NCBI RefSeq assembly: GCF_000011805.1
Contig: NC_006841.2
Origin: Aliivibrio fischeri ES114
Lineage (GTDB): Bacteria > Pseudomonadota > Gammaproteobacteria > Enterobacterales > Vibrionaceae
DNA length: 32,000 nucleotides
Direction: 5' to 3' (one strand)
A program made the position numbers and the translations under genes. This document shows positions 9,590-17,354 of the stretch, one piece after another. Within the stretch, counting starts at the first letter, position 1. The number at the start of each line of letters is the position of its first letter. The notes beneath the pieces are model-generated. The model was not told where the DNA came from. It was given only the letters and a program-made list of their open reading frames with translations, and did no database searches.

Positions 9590-9624
9590 AGGCTACAAGA
9601 ATTGTCTCTTGTGGCCTTTCTCTT
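9590..9624 (+). terminator. Rho-independent terminator of the lyase gene
   Basis: Stem AGGCTACAAGA (9590..9600) / TCTTGTGGCCT (9607..9617) with one G-U pair and loop ATTGTC, followed by TTCTCTT. It begins 11 nt after the stop codon. Confidence 0.6.
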
Positions 9625-9682
9625 ACCTTTCTACTTATTCTTTATTTTATCAATATAAGTTTTCATAAATACAAATGAAATT

Positions 9683-9701
9683 GATAATGATTTGCATTAC
9701 T
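9683..9701. promoter_or_regulatory. Candidate Fur box upstream of the FTR1-type permease
   Basis: GATAATGATTTGCATTACT compared with the Fur consensus GATAATGATAATCATTATC. The first 9 positions are identical and about 14 of 19 match overall. It lies 33 nt upstream of the preferred start at 9734. Confidence 0.5.
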
Positions 9702-9733
9702 ATGATTTTACTCAATGAAATAGGATGTTTTTT

Positions 9734-10564
9734 ATGTTTGCCAGTATAACGATTGTATTTAGAGAAGGCTTAGAAATGGCCATTATTGTTTCTTTGCTTT
9801 TAGCCGCAACAAGAGATATACCCAACAGATCAAAATGGATTTTAGGAGGAACAGGAGCAGGAATTCTTCTCTCTGTATTGCTAGCCATTTTAGCGTTAAA
9901 CAACGCAACTATTACGACACTAATTGAAGGGAAAATAACAGGAGGAATCATCCTAGCGTTATCTAGTATTTTAATTGGTTATACCGTTATTTGGATGAAA
10001 TCAAACGGAATGAAAGCTTCTCAAGATATAAAAGCTTCTGTAAATAATATCAAAGAAAACAATAAACCTTTATTTTCATTAAGTTTGGTCGCTTTCTTTT
10101 GTGTTTTCCGTGAAGGTATTGAAGTTGTATTATTTCTTTTAGGTCTAACAAGTGATAGTGAAACAACGGGGCTTGCAATCTTAAGTGGCAGTTTAATTGG
10201 AGCTGCTGGTGCGATTGCAGCAGGCATTGCAATGTACTTTGGTTTCATCAGAATCAATCTTGGTAAAGTATTCAACTTCTTTGCAGTCTTAATGTCATTT
10301 TTAGCTGCGGGTATGGCAATGAATGCTGTAAGTAAATTTACTTCAGCAGGATTAATTAATCCAATTATCAATCCATTATGGAATAGCACCGCCTTACTTG
10401 ATCATCATTCAAATTGGTTTGGCTTATTTATTCACGTAATGTTTGGATATACAGAAAAGCCGAGCTTAGCTCAGTTGATCGCTTATATTGCTACATTAAG
10501 TATTCTTTTTGTATTAACCAAAAATCAAACAAATAAATTAATGAAAGCAAAAAAAGTAGCTTAG
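9734..10564 (+). CDS. FTR1/EfeU-family high-affinity iron permease
   Basis: Track ORF 9725..10564. I prefer ATG 9734 (AGGA 8 nt upstream), giving MFASITIVFREGLEMAIIV. Two REGxE motifs (FREGLE and FREGIE), the family signature. Multiple hydrophobic helices. Confidence 0.85.
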   Translation: MFASITIVFREGLEMAIIVSLLLAATRDIPNRSKWILGGTGAGILLSVLLAILALNNATITTLIEGKITGGIILALSSILIGYTVIWMKSNGMKASQDIKASVNNIKENNKPLFSLSLVAFFCVFREGIEVVLFLLGLTSDSETTGLAILSGSLIGAAGAIAAGIAMYFGFIRINLGKVFNFFAVLMSFLAAGMAMNAVSKFTSAGLINPIINPLWNSTALLDHHSNWFGLFIHVMFGYTEKPSLAQLIAYIATLSILFVLTKNQTNKLMKAKKVA

Positions 10565-10595
10565 TGATTAAATAAAACCACGCAGAGTCAATAAA

Positions 10596-10625
10596 TAAAA
10601 AAGCCGATCACATGATCGGCTTTTG
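10596..10625. terminator. Bidirectional rho-independent terminator (FTR1 gene on + strand, catabolic operon on - strand)
   Basis: AAAAAA GCCGATC ACAT GATCGGC TTTT. Stem is 10603..10609 / 10614..10620, with an A-run on one side and a T-run on the other. It lies between converging stops at 10564 and 10650. Confidence 0.75.
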
Positions 10626-10649
10626 GTATTCAACACATCAGAGAAATAT

Positions 10650-11699
10650 TTATTCAGCTAATTTTGCAACCTCTGTTGCTGCTAGCATGAAAGCACCCGC
10701 ACCATAATCGATGTTATGCTCAAACTTAACGTCACGTGGATTAAAGGCTGGTAGCTGTACCCAACCAATCATGCCGTTATCGTGAATACATTCAAGTAAG
10801 GCTACCCACGCTTTTTCGATAACTGGTAAGTAAGTTTCTTTATCCAACTCACCAGTATTAACGCCCCATGCTAAACCATAACAAAACAGAGCAGTTGCAC
10901 TGCTTTCAGGTGCAGGGAAGTTTTCAGGAGCTAATAGGCTAGTACGCCAAAAACCATCGTCTTGCTGGTATTTAATTACTTCAGCCGCTAAATGTGTAAA
11001 TAGAGTAATGTACTCAGAACGATTCATGTAGTCTTCAGGCATATTCGCTAGAATACGAGGAACTGATGCTAGTACCCATCCAATACCACGACTCCAAAAT
11101 ACCTTATTGCCGTTTTCTTCTCGTAACTCTTCACCATTTCCATTTGGAATATAGCGATAGTCACGATAATACAAACCCGTTTCTGTATCTAATAAATGCT
11201 CTGCTGAATCCCAAAAAGCAGTATTCATGTAATCCAAGTATTTTGAATCACCTGTTTGCTTTGATAATGCAACAAAAGCTGGCGGCGCCATAAATAATGA
11301 ATCACACCACCACCAATCTTTGCGACCTAGCTCTGGTTCATTAACCATAATATCAAGCGCTTTAATGGTTGGCTCTAAGGCTTCGGGTTGGTTAAATTCA
11401 GAATAAATATCAAGGTAGGCTTGGCAACAAACATGGTCATCAGCAAAACGAGCATTAGGTCCAGTTCTGAATCCAGTATGTAGAGCGTAATTTTTTACAC
11501 CATCCAGATATTCAGTGTCTCCCGTCGCTTTCCATGCCGCGGCAACACACGACCAAAAAACACCACGTTCCCAATCAGTATCTTTAATAAAACGGGTCTT
11601 ACCACTGCGTCTTACTACACTTCTTGTTTGGTTTTCAGCTTGGTAGCGATAAACTCGCTTCATCGCTTGTAATACGTCTTGCTTTGTTCCTAATGTCAT
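10650..11699 (-). CDS. Cytoplasmic unsaturated uronyl hydrolase (Pfam Glyco_hydro_88 superfamily; GH88/GH105)
   Basis: 349 aa with no signal peptide (MTLGTKQDVLQAMKRVY...). AAGGA lies 7 nt upstream. Segments DTDWERGVFWS, WWWCDSLFMAPPAF, FWSRGIGWVLAS and DYGAGAFMLAATE resemble remembered YteR (GH105) and UGL (GH88) sequences. Confidence 0.75.
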   Translation of the reverse strand: MTLGTKQDVLQAMKRVYRYQAENQTRSVVRRSGKTRFIKDTDWERGVFWSCVAAAWKATGDTEYLDGVKNYALHTGFRTGPNARFADDHVCCQAYLDIYSEFNQPEALEPTIKALDIMVNEPELGRKDWWWCDSLFMAPPAFVALSKQTGDSKYLDYMNTAFWDSAEHLLDTETGLYYRDYRYIPNGNGEELREENGNKVFWSRGIGWVLASVPRILANMPEDYMNRSEYITLFTHLAAEVIKYQQDDGFWRTSLLAPENFPAPESSATALFCYGLAWGVNTGELDKETYLPVIEKAWVALLECIHDNGMIGWVQLPAFNPRDVKFEHNIDYGAGAFMLAATEVAKLAE

Positions 11700-11724
11700 T
11701 TTGCTGTTCCTTCTGTTCTTTAGA

Positions 11725-12480
11725 TTAACGAGCTAACCAGCCACCATCAACCGCAATCGTATAACCATTAATATAGTCACTTGCAGGTGATGCTAGGAAG
11801 ATTGCAGGTCCTTCAAGATCAGAAGGTAATCCCCAACGATTTGCAGGAATACGCTCTAAAATAGCGGCATTTCGATCTTCATCTGCGCGTAATGCTGCCG
11901 TATTATCCGTTGCCATGTAACCCGGAGCAATCGCATTAACATTGATATTATGTTCTGCAAGCTCAGTCGCTAGGGCACGGGTTAACCCCATAACCGCTGA
12001 TTTACTTGCGGTATAAGAAGGAACGCGGATCCCTCCTTGATATGACAACATAGAAGCAATATTGATGATTTTGCCGCCATTTCCTTGCTTAACAAATTGC
12101 TTAGCGACTTTCTGAGAAAGGAAGAATAACGTCTTTTGGTTAATATTAATTACGTCATCCCAATCTTGCTCTGAGAATTTGAGTAAATCTTCACGACGAA
12201 TAATACCTGCATTATTAATTAAGATATCAACGTGCCCCATTACTTCAACCGCTTCAGCAACCAGTTCTTCTAATCCTTCTTGCTTCATTAGGTTTGCAGT
12301 AATGTAATGAAACTTACGACCTAATGCTTTCACTTGCTCTTCAGTTTCGGGAGCGGCTTGATGGCCAACACCAACAATATCTGCACCCGCTTTCGCTAAA
12401 CCAAGTGCCATGCCTTGACCAAGACCCGTATTACACCCTGTAACAATGGCAACTTTGCCAGTTAAATCAAAAAGTTTCAT
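11725..12480 (-). CDS. kduD: 2-dehydro-3-deoxy-D-gluconate 5-dehydrogenase (SDR)
   Basis: 251 aa. TGCNTGLGQG Rossmann motif, NNAG, and an S...YxxxK catalytic triad (YTASK). It sits immediately downstream of kduI, the classic kduI-kduD pairing. Confidence 0.85.
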   Translation of the reverse strand: MKLFDLTGKVAIVTGCNTGLGQGMALGLAKAGADIVGVGHQAAPETEEQVKALGRKFHYITANLMKQEGLEELVAEAVEVMGHVDILINNAGIIRREDLLKFSEQDWDDVININQKTLFFLSQKVAKQFVKQGNGGKIINIASMLSYQGGIRVPSYTASKSAVMGLTRALATELAEHNINVNAIAPGYMATDNTAALRADEDRNAAILERIPANRWGLPSDLEGPAIFLASPASDYINGYTIAVDGGWLAR

Positions 12481-12549
12481 ATTCTTTCCTACTATTCTTG
12501 ATATATGCTGCCGATAGACATCAGCAACATAACAATAAAATTAAAATGA

Positions 12550-13380
12550 CTACTTAATATCAGTCATTGCTACATGGTCCATATCATGAAAAGTTTGGTT
12601 TTCACCGACCATGCCCCAAATAAACGTATATGACGATGTACCAACGCCTGAATGAATAGACCAACTAGGGCTAATAACGGCTTGTTCATTTCGAACAACC
12701 ATATGACGTGTCTCTTGAGGCTCACCCATGTAATGGAAAACAATGTTGTCGTCTTTCATATCAAAGTATAAATACACTTCCATACGACGTTCATGAGTAT
12801 GACAAGGCATGGTGTTCCATAGACTGCCTGGTGCTAATTCAGTCATTCCCATTAATAGTTGGCACGTTGGCAGTACTGATGGGTGCAAGTATTTGTAAAT
12901 GGTTCGAACGTTGCAGTTTTCTTGATTACCCAATGTTTCAGGAGAGGCTTCTTCACGTGTAATTTTACGAGTTGGATAAGCATGATGTGCTGGTGCACAA
13001 TTTAAATAAAAACGAGCGGGGTCTTGTTGATCAACGCTTTCAAAGCTGATCTCTTCAGCTCCCATGCCTACATACATGGCTTCACGAGCAGCAATATCAT
13101 AAGTCACACCATCAACAATCACTCGGCCAGCTTGCCCAATATTAATAATGCCTAGTTCACGGCGTTGCAAAAAGAAATCCACACCAATTTCTTTTCCACC
13201 TTCAAATGGAACACTTTCTGATGTAGGTACAACACCACCAACAATAATGCGGTCAATGTGACTGTATGTAAGAGTAATTTGGTTTTCTTGAAACATCCCT
13301 TCAATAAGGAATTGTTCACGCAATCCTGCTGTATCTAGTTGTTTTGCGTGATCGCTATGAATCGGTTGACGAATTTCCAT
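12550..13380 (-). CDS. kduI: 5-dehydro-4-deoxy-D-glucuronate isomerase (cupin)
   Basis: 276 aa. N-terminus [26 protein letters not shown] and the metal-site region [18 protein letters not shown] match the KduI family as I remember it. Confidence 0.9.
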   Translation of the reverse strand: MEIRQPIHSDHAKQLDTAGLREQFLIEGMFQENQITLTYSHIDRIIVGGVVPTSESVPFEGGKEIGVDFFLQRRELGIINIGQAGRVIVDGVTYDIAAREAMYVGMGAEEISFESVDQQDPARFYLNCAPAHHAYPTRKITREEASPETLGNQENCNVRTIYKYLHPSVLPTCQLLMGMTELAPGSLWNTMPCHTHERRMEVYLYFDMKDDNIVFHYMGEPQETRHMVVRNEQAVISPSWSIHSGVGTSSYTFIWGMVGENQTFHDMDHVAMTDIK

Positions 13381-13388
13381 TTTAAACC

Positions 13389-13407
13389 TCTAAAACATTG
13401 TTTTGTG
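13389..13407. promoter_or_regulatory. Candidate KdgR-type operator in front of kduI
   Basis: Perfect 13-bp palindrome AAAACATTGTTTT at 13392..13404. The 19-mer matches about 14 of 18 specified positions of the remembered KdgR consensus AATRAAAYRNYRTTTYATT. It lies 9-27 nt upstream of the kduI ATG, next to a TATAAC -10-like hexamer (rc of 13407..13412). Confidence 0.3.
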
Positions 13408-13409
13408 TT

Positions 13410-13456
13410 ATAGCTATCTAAATAATTCATTATTAGATGTTTATTTAGATAGCTAT
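13410..13456. repeat. Perfect 16-bp inverted repeat with 15-nt spacer between agaA and kduI
   Basis: ATAGCTATCTAAATAA (13410..13425) and its exact reverse complement TTATTTAGATAGCTAT (13441..13456). It starts 25 nt downstream of the agaA stop on the minus strand, and no U-run follows. Possible functions are an intra-operon terminator/processing hairpin or a protein-binding dyad. Confidence 0.6.
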
Positions 13457-13481
13457 GAATCTTTAATAAAAATGACGAGAG

Positions 13482-14624
13482 TTAATAAACCCACTCACCT
13501 TTAATCATGGTGTTCTGAACAGCGAAATCTTGATTTACCACCACAAAGCTTGCTTCCATTTCTGGTGCAATGCTTCCTAAGCGATCATCAATGCCTAAAT
13601 ATTTGGCAGGAACCAATGTTGCCATTTGCACCGCCTCCCATTCTGGTACTTCACTTAGCTGAATCATATTTCTTAACGCACTATCTAAACTGCATGTGCT
13701 TCCAGCAAGCGAACCACATTTTGTTCTCGCTTCCCCTTTAGCTACAGTGATAGTTTGCGCACCAAGTTGGTACTCACCATCCTCTAAACCACCAGCTCGC
13801 ATACAGTCCGTAATAAGTGCGATTTGCTGATACCCTTTCATGCGATAAGCGAGCTGCATCATTACAGGATGAACATGCACACTATCAGCAATTAATTCAG
13901 CAAGCATGTCATGATATAAAACAGCCCCTGTACAGCCGGGTTCTCTATGGTGTAAACCACGCATACCATTAAACAAATGGACACCACAATCGGCACCTAA
14001 TTGATGTGCTTGGGTAACTTGCTCGAACGTTGAATCAGTATGAGCGACAGAGGTTTTGATGTTTTGACTTTGCAGCCATTGAATAGCTTCCATTGCACCA
14101 TCAGCTTCAGGTGCTATCGCTACTCGTAATAGTGAATGCGCCGCTACGTCATAAAGTTCTTCTAACTCTTGAATGCTTGGTGATTTTAAATAAGCGGTTG
14201 GATGCGAGCCTCGATGCACTTCTGTAAAATATGGACCTTCTAGAAAGCTACCTAATAACTCAGCACCACACTGTTGAGGTTTATCTAACCACGTTTTTAC
14301 AGTATCGATTGAGCTAACAATGCTATCCCAAGGTGCCGTTACCGTTGTTCCAACCCAAGCAACAACCCCTGTTTGAAGCAAAGCATCAGAAATGGTTTGC
14401 AATGCTTCTGGCGTCGCGTCCATAACATCAGCGCCTGCTCGCCCATGGATATGAATGTCGATAAACCCCGGTAACAAGGTTTTTCCTTCTAATGGCAAAA
14501 TCTCGCAATCTGTTGGTTCACATGCTGTTATTGCTTCTATTTTCCCATCATTCACTATGACGTAATGATGTTCTTTAATGCCATCAGCAACAAACACACG
14601 TTGTGGATATAAAGCGTAGCGCAT
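13482..14624 (-). CDS. agaA: N-acetylgalactosamine/N-acetylglucosamine-6-phosphate deacetylase (amidohydrolase)
   Basis: Track ORF 13482..14672. I prefer ATG 14624 (MRYALYPQRVFVADG...), which follows the IIA stop by one nt (TAATATG). DIHIHG metal motif. Position after the IIA gene is as in the E. coli agaVWEFA arrangement. Confidence 0.85.
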   Translation of the reverse strand: MRYALYPQRVFVADGIKEHHYVIVNDGKIEAITACEPTDCEILPLEGKTLLPGFIDIHIHGRAGADVMDATPEALQTISDALLQTGVVAWVGTTVTAPWDSIVSSIDTVKTWLDKPQQCGAELLGSFLEGPYFTEVHRGSHPTAYLKSPSIQELEELYDVAAHSLLRVAIAPEADGAMEAIQWLQSQNIKTSVAHTDSTFEQVTQAHQLGADCGVHLFNGMRGLHHREPGCTGAVLYHDMLAELIADSVHVHPVMMQLAYRMKGYQQIALITDCMRAGGLEDGEYQLGAQTITVAKGEARTKCGSLAGSTCSLDSALRNMIQLSEVPEWEAVQMATLVPAKYLGIDDRLGSIAPEMEASFVVVNQDFAVQNTMIKGEWVY

Positions 14625-14625
14625 A

Positions 14626-15063
14626 TTACAACCCATCTTCACATTCAGGTTCTGGTTCCATGAACAATTCAAGCTGTAATCGCATGTCTTGCATACATGA
14701 AGAGCCTATTTCTAATAATGTCGTTACTAATTCTTTTACTGTTGTATCATCACGTTCAAATGCAGCATTTGCTACCATTGGTAGGTTTGCACCGCCAATC
14801 AACTCAACATTTTCAGTATCCATTAAAATAGTTAAAGCACGATTTGCAGGTGAACCTCCAGGGATATCAGTTAAGAAAAGTACCCCTTCACCAGAATCAA
14901 CACGCTTTGCAGCAGCTCGTAATGCTTGTTCTAATTCATCTGTCGACATAGATTCAACAAAATCGACAAACTCCATTTGTTCTTGTTCACCAGCAATGGC
15001 TTTTACTGCTGACTCAACCCCTGTAGCAAAATTAATATGGCCTGAAACTACAATACCAATCAT
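14626..15063 (-). CDS. agaF: PTS mannose-family EIIA component
   Basis: 145 aa. MIGIVVSGHINFA carries the conserved phospho-His near the N-terminus. AAGGA lies 7 nt upstream. Confidence 0.85.
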   Translation of the reverse strand: MIGIVVSGHINFATGVESAVKAIAGEQEQMEFVDFVESMSTDELEQALRAAAKRVDSGEGVLFLTDIPGGSPANRALTILMDTENVELIGGANLPMVANAAFERDDTTVKELVTTLLEIGSSCMQDMRLQLELFMEPEPECEDGL

Positions 15064-15106
15064 GATTTAATCCTTGTTACCAATGCTTTTATAATGCTTT
15101 GAAATT

Positions 15107-15128
15107 AAGGGGATGGGAAAATCCCCTT
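15107..15128 (-). other. Intra-operon stem-loop between the IID and IIA genes
   Basis: AAGGGGA (15107..15113) / TCCCCTT (15122..15128) with an 8-nt loop, inside the 88-nt IID-IIA gap. No U-run follows. Possibly an mRNA stabiliser or processing site. Confidence 0.4.
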
Positions 15129-15151
15129 ATACGACTTCATTTCTTTTTGTG

Positions 15152-16069
15152 TTACAAAATACCTAGGTAGTGACCAATAACACCACCGGCTAACGTTGAG
15201 AAAATCAACACAGGAGGTTTCGCCCAAAAACCAGTTCCTTTCACCATTTTTAACATAAAGAACACCAATGCTAGTGGCAAAATATTAGGCATTATCTTGT
15301 CAAACAGTGCGGTTTGAAGTTCAACGACTTTCCCTCCGAGTTCGAGAGATAAGGTGGTTTGAACTTTAATAAAGGATGCCGACAATGCACCAATAACAAA
15401 GATACCCATGATATTTGCCGCTTTGGCTAATTTCTCAGTCGCATCGCTCATGTTAACCATGGCTGCTGTACCGGCTTTATATCCCATAAACATCAAACCG
15501 AAATACACAAAGAAGTGCACAATTTGATACAAAATGAAGAAAACAAACGGTCCTGCAATAGAGCCTTGCATTGCAATTGATGCACCTAACGCCAACGTTA
15601 ACGGCATAAGAGTCATATGGTCAATTGCATCACCAATACCACCAGTAGGTCCCATACCCGCTACTTTCATTACATTTACTGTAGACGGTTTTTCCTTGTT
15701 TTCTTCCATTGCAATGGCAGTACCTAGCAAGAAAGTAAACAGTTTAGGACTCGCATTAAAGAACTGAAGATGGTTCTTAGTTGCCGTTGCTAAATCACGT
15801 TTGTTATTACCATGAATCTTCTTTAGTGCAGGAACAATTGAGTAAGCAAAGCCACCACCTTGCATACGTTCAAAGTTGAAGTTCCCTTCCATGAAAAGGC
15901 CACGAATTGCACATTTCCAAAGATCTTTTTTCGAGATAACTTTACGAACTTCCTTGTCTTGATATTCGTCGATACCATCAACCAAGCTCTTAGGATTCGC
16001 CACTTGAGTACCTTGAAACTCATCAATGCCATCAATTAGAGCGTTCGGATTTTCTGTTTTAGATACCAT
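15152..16069 (-). CDS. agaE: PTS mannose-family EIID component with unusual N-terminal extension
   Basis: Track ORF 15152..16117. I prefer ATG 16069 (MVSKTENPNA...), which overlaps the IIC stop by 11 nt. Core NFNFERMQGGGFAYS is the EIID signature. The ~45 aa before ISKKDLW contain a duplicated motif. Confidence 0.8.
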   Translation of the reverse strand: MVSKTENPNALIDGIDEFQGTQVANPKSLVDGIDEYQDKEVRKVISKKDLWKCAIRGLFMEGNFNFERMQGGGFAYSIVPALKKIHGNNKRDLATATKNHLQFFNASPKLFTFLLGTAIAMEENKEKPSTVNVMKVAGMGPTGGIGDAIDHMTLMPLTLALGASIAMQGSIAGPFVFFILYQIVHFFVYFGLMFMGYKAGTAAMVNMSDATEKLAKAANIMGIFVIGALSASFIKVQTTLSLELGGKVVELQTALFDKIMPNILPLALVFFMLKMVKGTGFWAKPPVLIFSTLAGGVIGHYLGIL

Positions 16070-16829
16070 CTTCAAAGTCCTCAAATTCTTGATTTGAATT
16101 TTTGTTTCCATTTCCACTAAAGAAGTAATATAGAGCGGCTGCTGATGCCCCTAAAATTGCCACGGCCATGATCGGAAGCTGTAAATACGTTGTCATTACA
16201 AAACCGATAAAGAACACACCCGCCACTTCTTTTGACCACATAATTTTCAATAGCATTGCAAAACCAATTGCAGGAACCATTTTCGCCCCGATACCTAATC
16301 CTTCTAATAGAGTTTTCGGAGCATTAGCATCAATCCAAGCTGCGCCATGTTCACCAAAATAAACGGTCAAGAAGGCAATCACAGCGTAGAGCATTGAACG
16401 CATTGTAATCGTGGAAAGTAAGAGAAAATCAATGCCATTTGTATTCGCTTCTTCAGCGTATTTATCTGCTTTACCCATGGTAAATGAGGTCATAGCAAAG
16501 AAACCGATAACAAGCATTTGCATTAATACTGCGATAGGCATACCAACACCCATAGCAACTTCTGGTGATTGTCCTGTCATTACAGCGAATGCTACAGCAG
16601 CAATCGTACCCATAGTTACATCTGGCGGCTGTGCCCCAGCGTTAGGCACTAGACCTAACCATGCGAGTTCCAGCGTTGCACCAGCGATTAAGCCAATTTG
16701 CATATCGCCCATAATTAGACCAACAACAGGTCCTGTGATAAGTGGTCTATGGATATTCAATGCGACATCGTATTTATCGATACCACAGAAGAATGCCCAC
16801 ACTGCCACTAAACTTGCTTCAAATAACAT
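16059..16829 (-). CDS. agaW: PTS mannose-family EIIC component
   Basis: 256 aa, polytopic membrane protein. Its position between IIB and IID and its size match AgaW/ManY-type EIIC. Confidence 0.85.
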   Translation of the reverse strand: MLFEASLVAVWAFFCGIDKYDVALNIHRPLITGPVVGLIMGDMQIGLIAGATLELAWLGLVPNAGAQPPDVTMGTIAAVAFAVMTGQSPEVAMGVGMPIAVLMQMLVIGFFAMTSFTMGKADKYAEEANTNGIDFLLLSTITMRSMLYAVIAFLTVYFGEHGAAWIDANAPKTLLEGLGIGAKMVPAIGFAMLLKIMWSKEVAGVFFIGFVMTTYLQLPIMAVAILGASAAALYYFFSGNGNKNSNQEFEDFEDGI

Positions 16830-16839
16830 AAGTACCTAC

Positions 16840-17340
16840 CTAGGCTGCTGTTTTTGCTAGTTCAAGAACGTTAATTGGTGTTTGATCTGGTGTATTTTGA
16901 ACCGTGCATGTCACGCCCTTTTCCACCATTTTTTCAAACGCTAAAATATCGGTTTTATCTACAGAAACGGTTTTCGCAATTTGACGTTTACCATCGTGGT
17001 AATGCATATTGCCTACATTACAATGTGTAATTGGAACGCCGCCTTCTACCAAACGAGCAACGTCAGTAGGGTTATTACATAAGATAAAAATCTTCTGTTT
17101 TGGCGATGCTTTATGAATCACATCAATGGTTTTTTGAATTGAAAAGAAACGCACGGCATATTCACCGCCTGCAGAGGCTTTCATGCCTGCTTGCATAAAC
17201 GCAGCATTAGGGCCCTCAGCAGCTTCATCATTAGCAACAAGAATCAAATTAGCTTCGGAATGTTTTCCCCAAGTAATTCGAATTTGTCCATGCAGTAAAC
17301 GCTCATCAATACGCGTCCAAACGATTTGTGGTCCAGTCAT
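16840..17340 (-). CDS. agaV: PTS mannose-family EIIB component
   Basis: 166 aa. IVWTRIDERLLHGQ carries the conserved phospho-His of sorbose/mannose-family EIIB. Confidence 0.85.
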   Translation of the reverse strand: MTGPQIVWTRIDERLLHGQIRITWGKHSEANLILVANDEAAEGPNAAFMQAGMKASAGGEYAVRFFSIQKTIDVIHKASPKQKIFILCNNPTDVARLVEGGVPITHCNVGNMHYHDGKRQIAKTVSVDKTDILAFEKMVEKGVTCTVQNTPDQTPINVLELAKTAA

Positions 17341-17354
17341 AATATTTCCCTGCT

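Noticed and set aside
14603-15070. 155-aa plus-strand ORF antisense to the PTS IIA gene. Similar antisense ORFs occur at 16411..16860, 16168..16362, 15534..15767, 9712..9951, 10021..10389, and many lie inside the GH20 gene.
   Set aside because: Each is fully embedded antisense in a gene with strong family signatures. Their translations are low-complexity (Ser/Ala/Ile-rich), and none has a start context. They are typical shadow ORFs.
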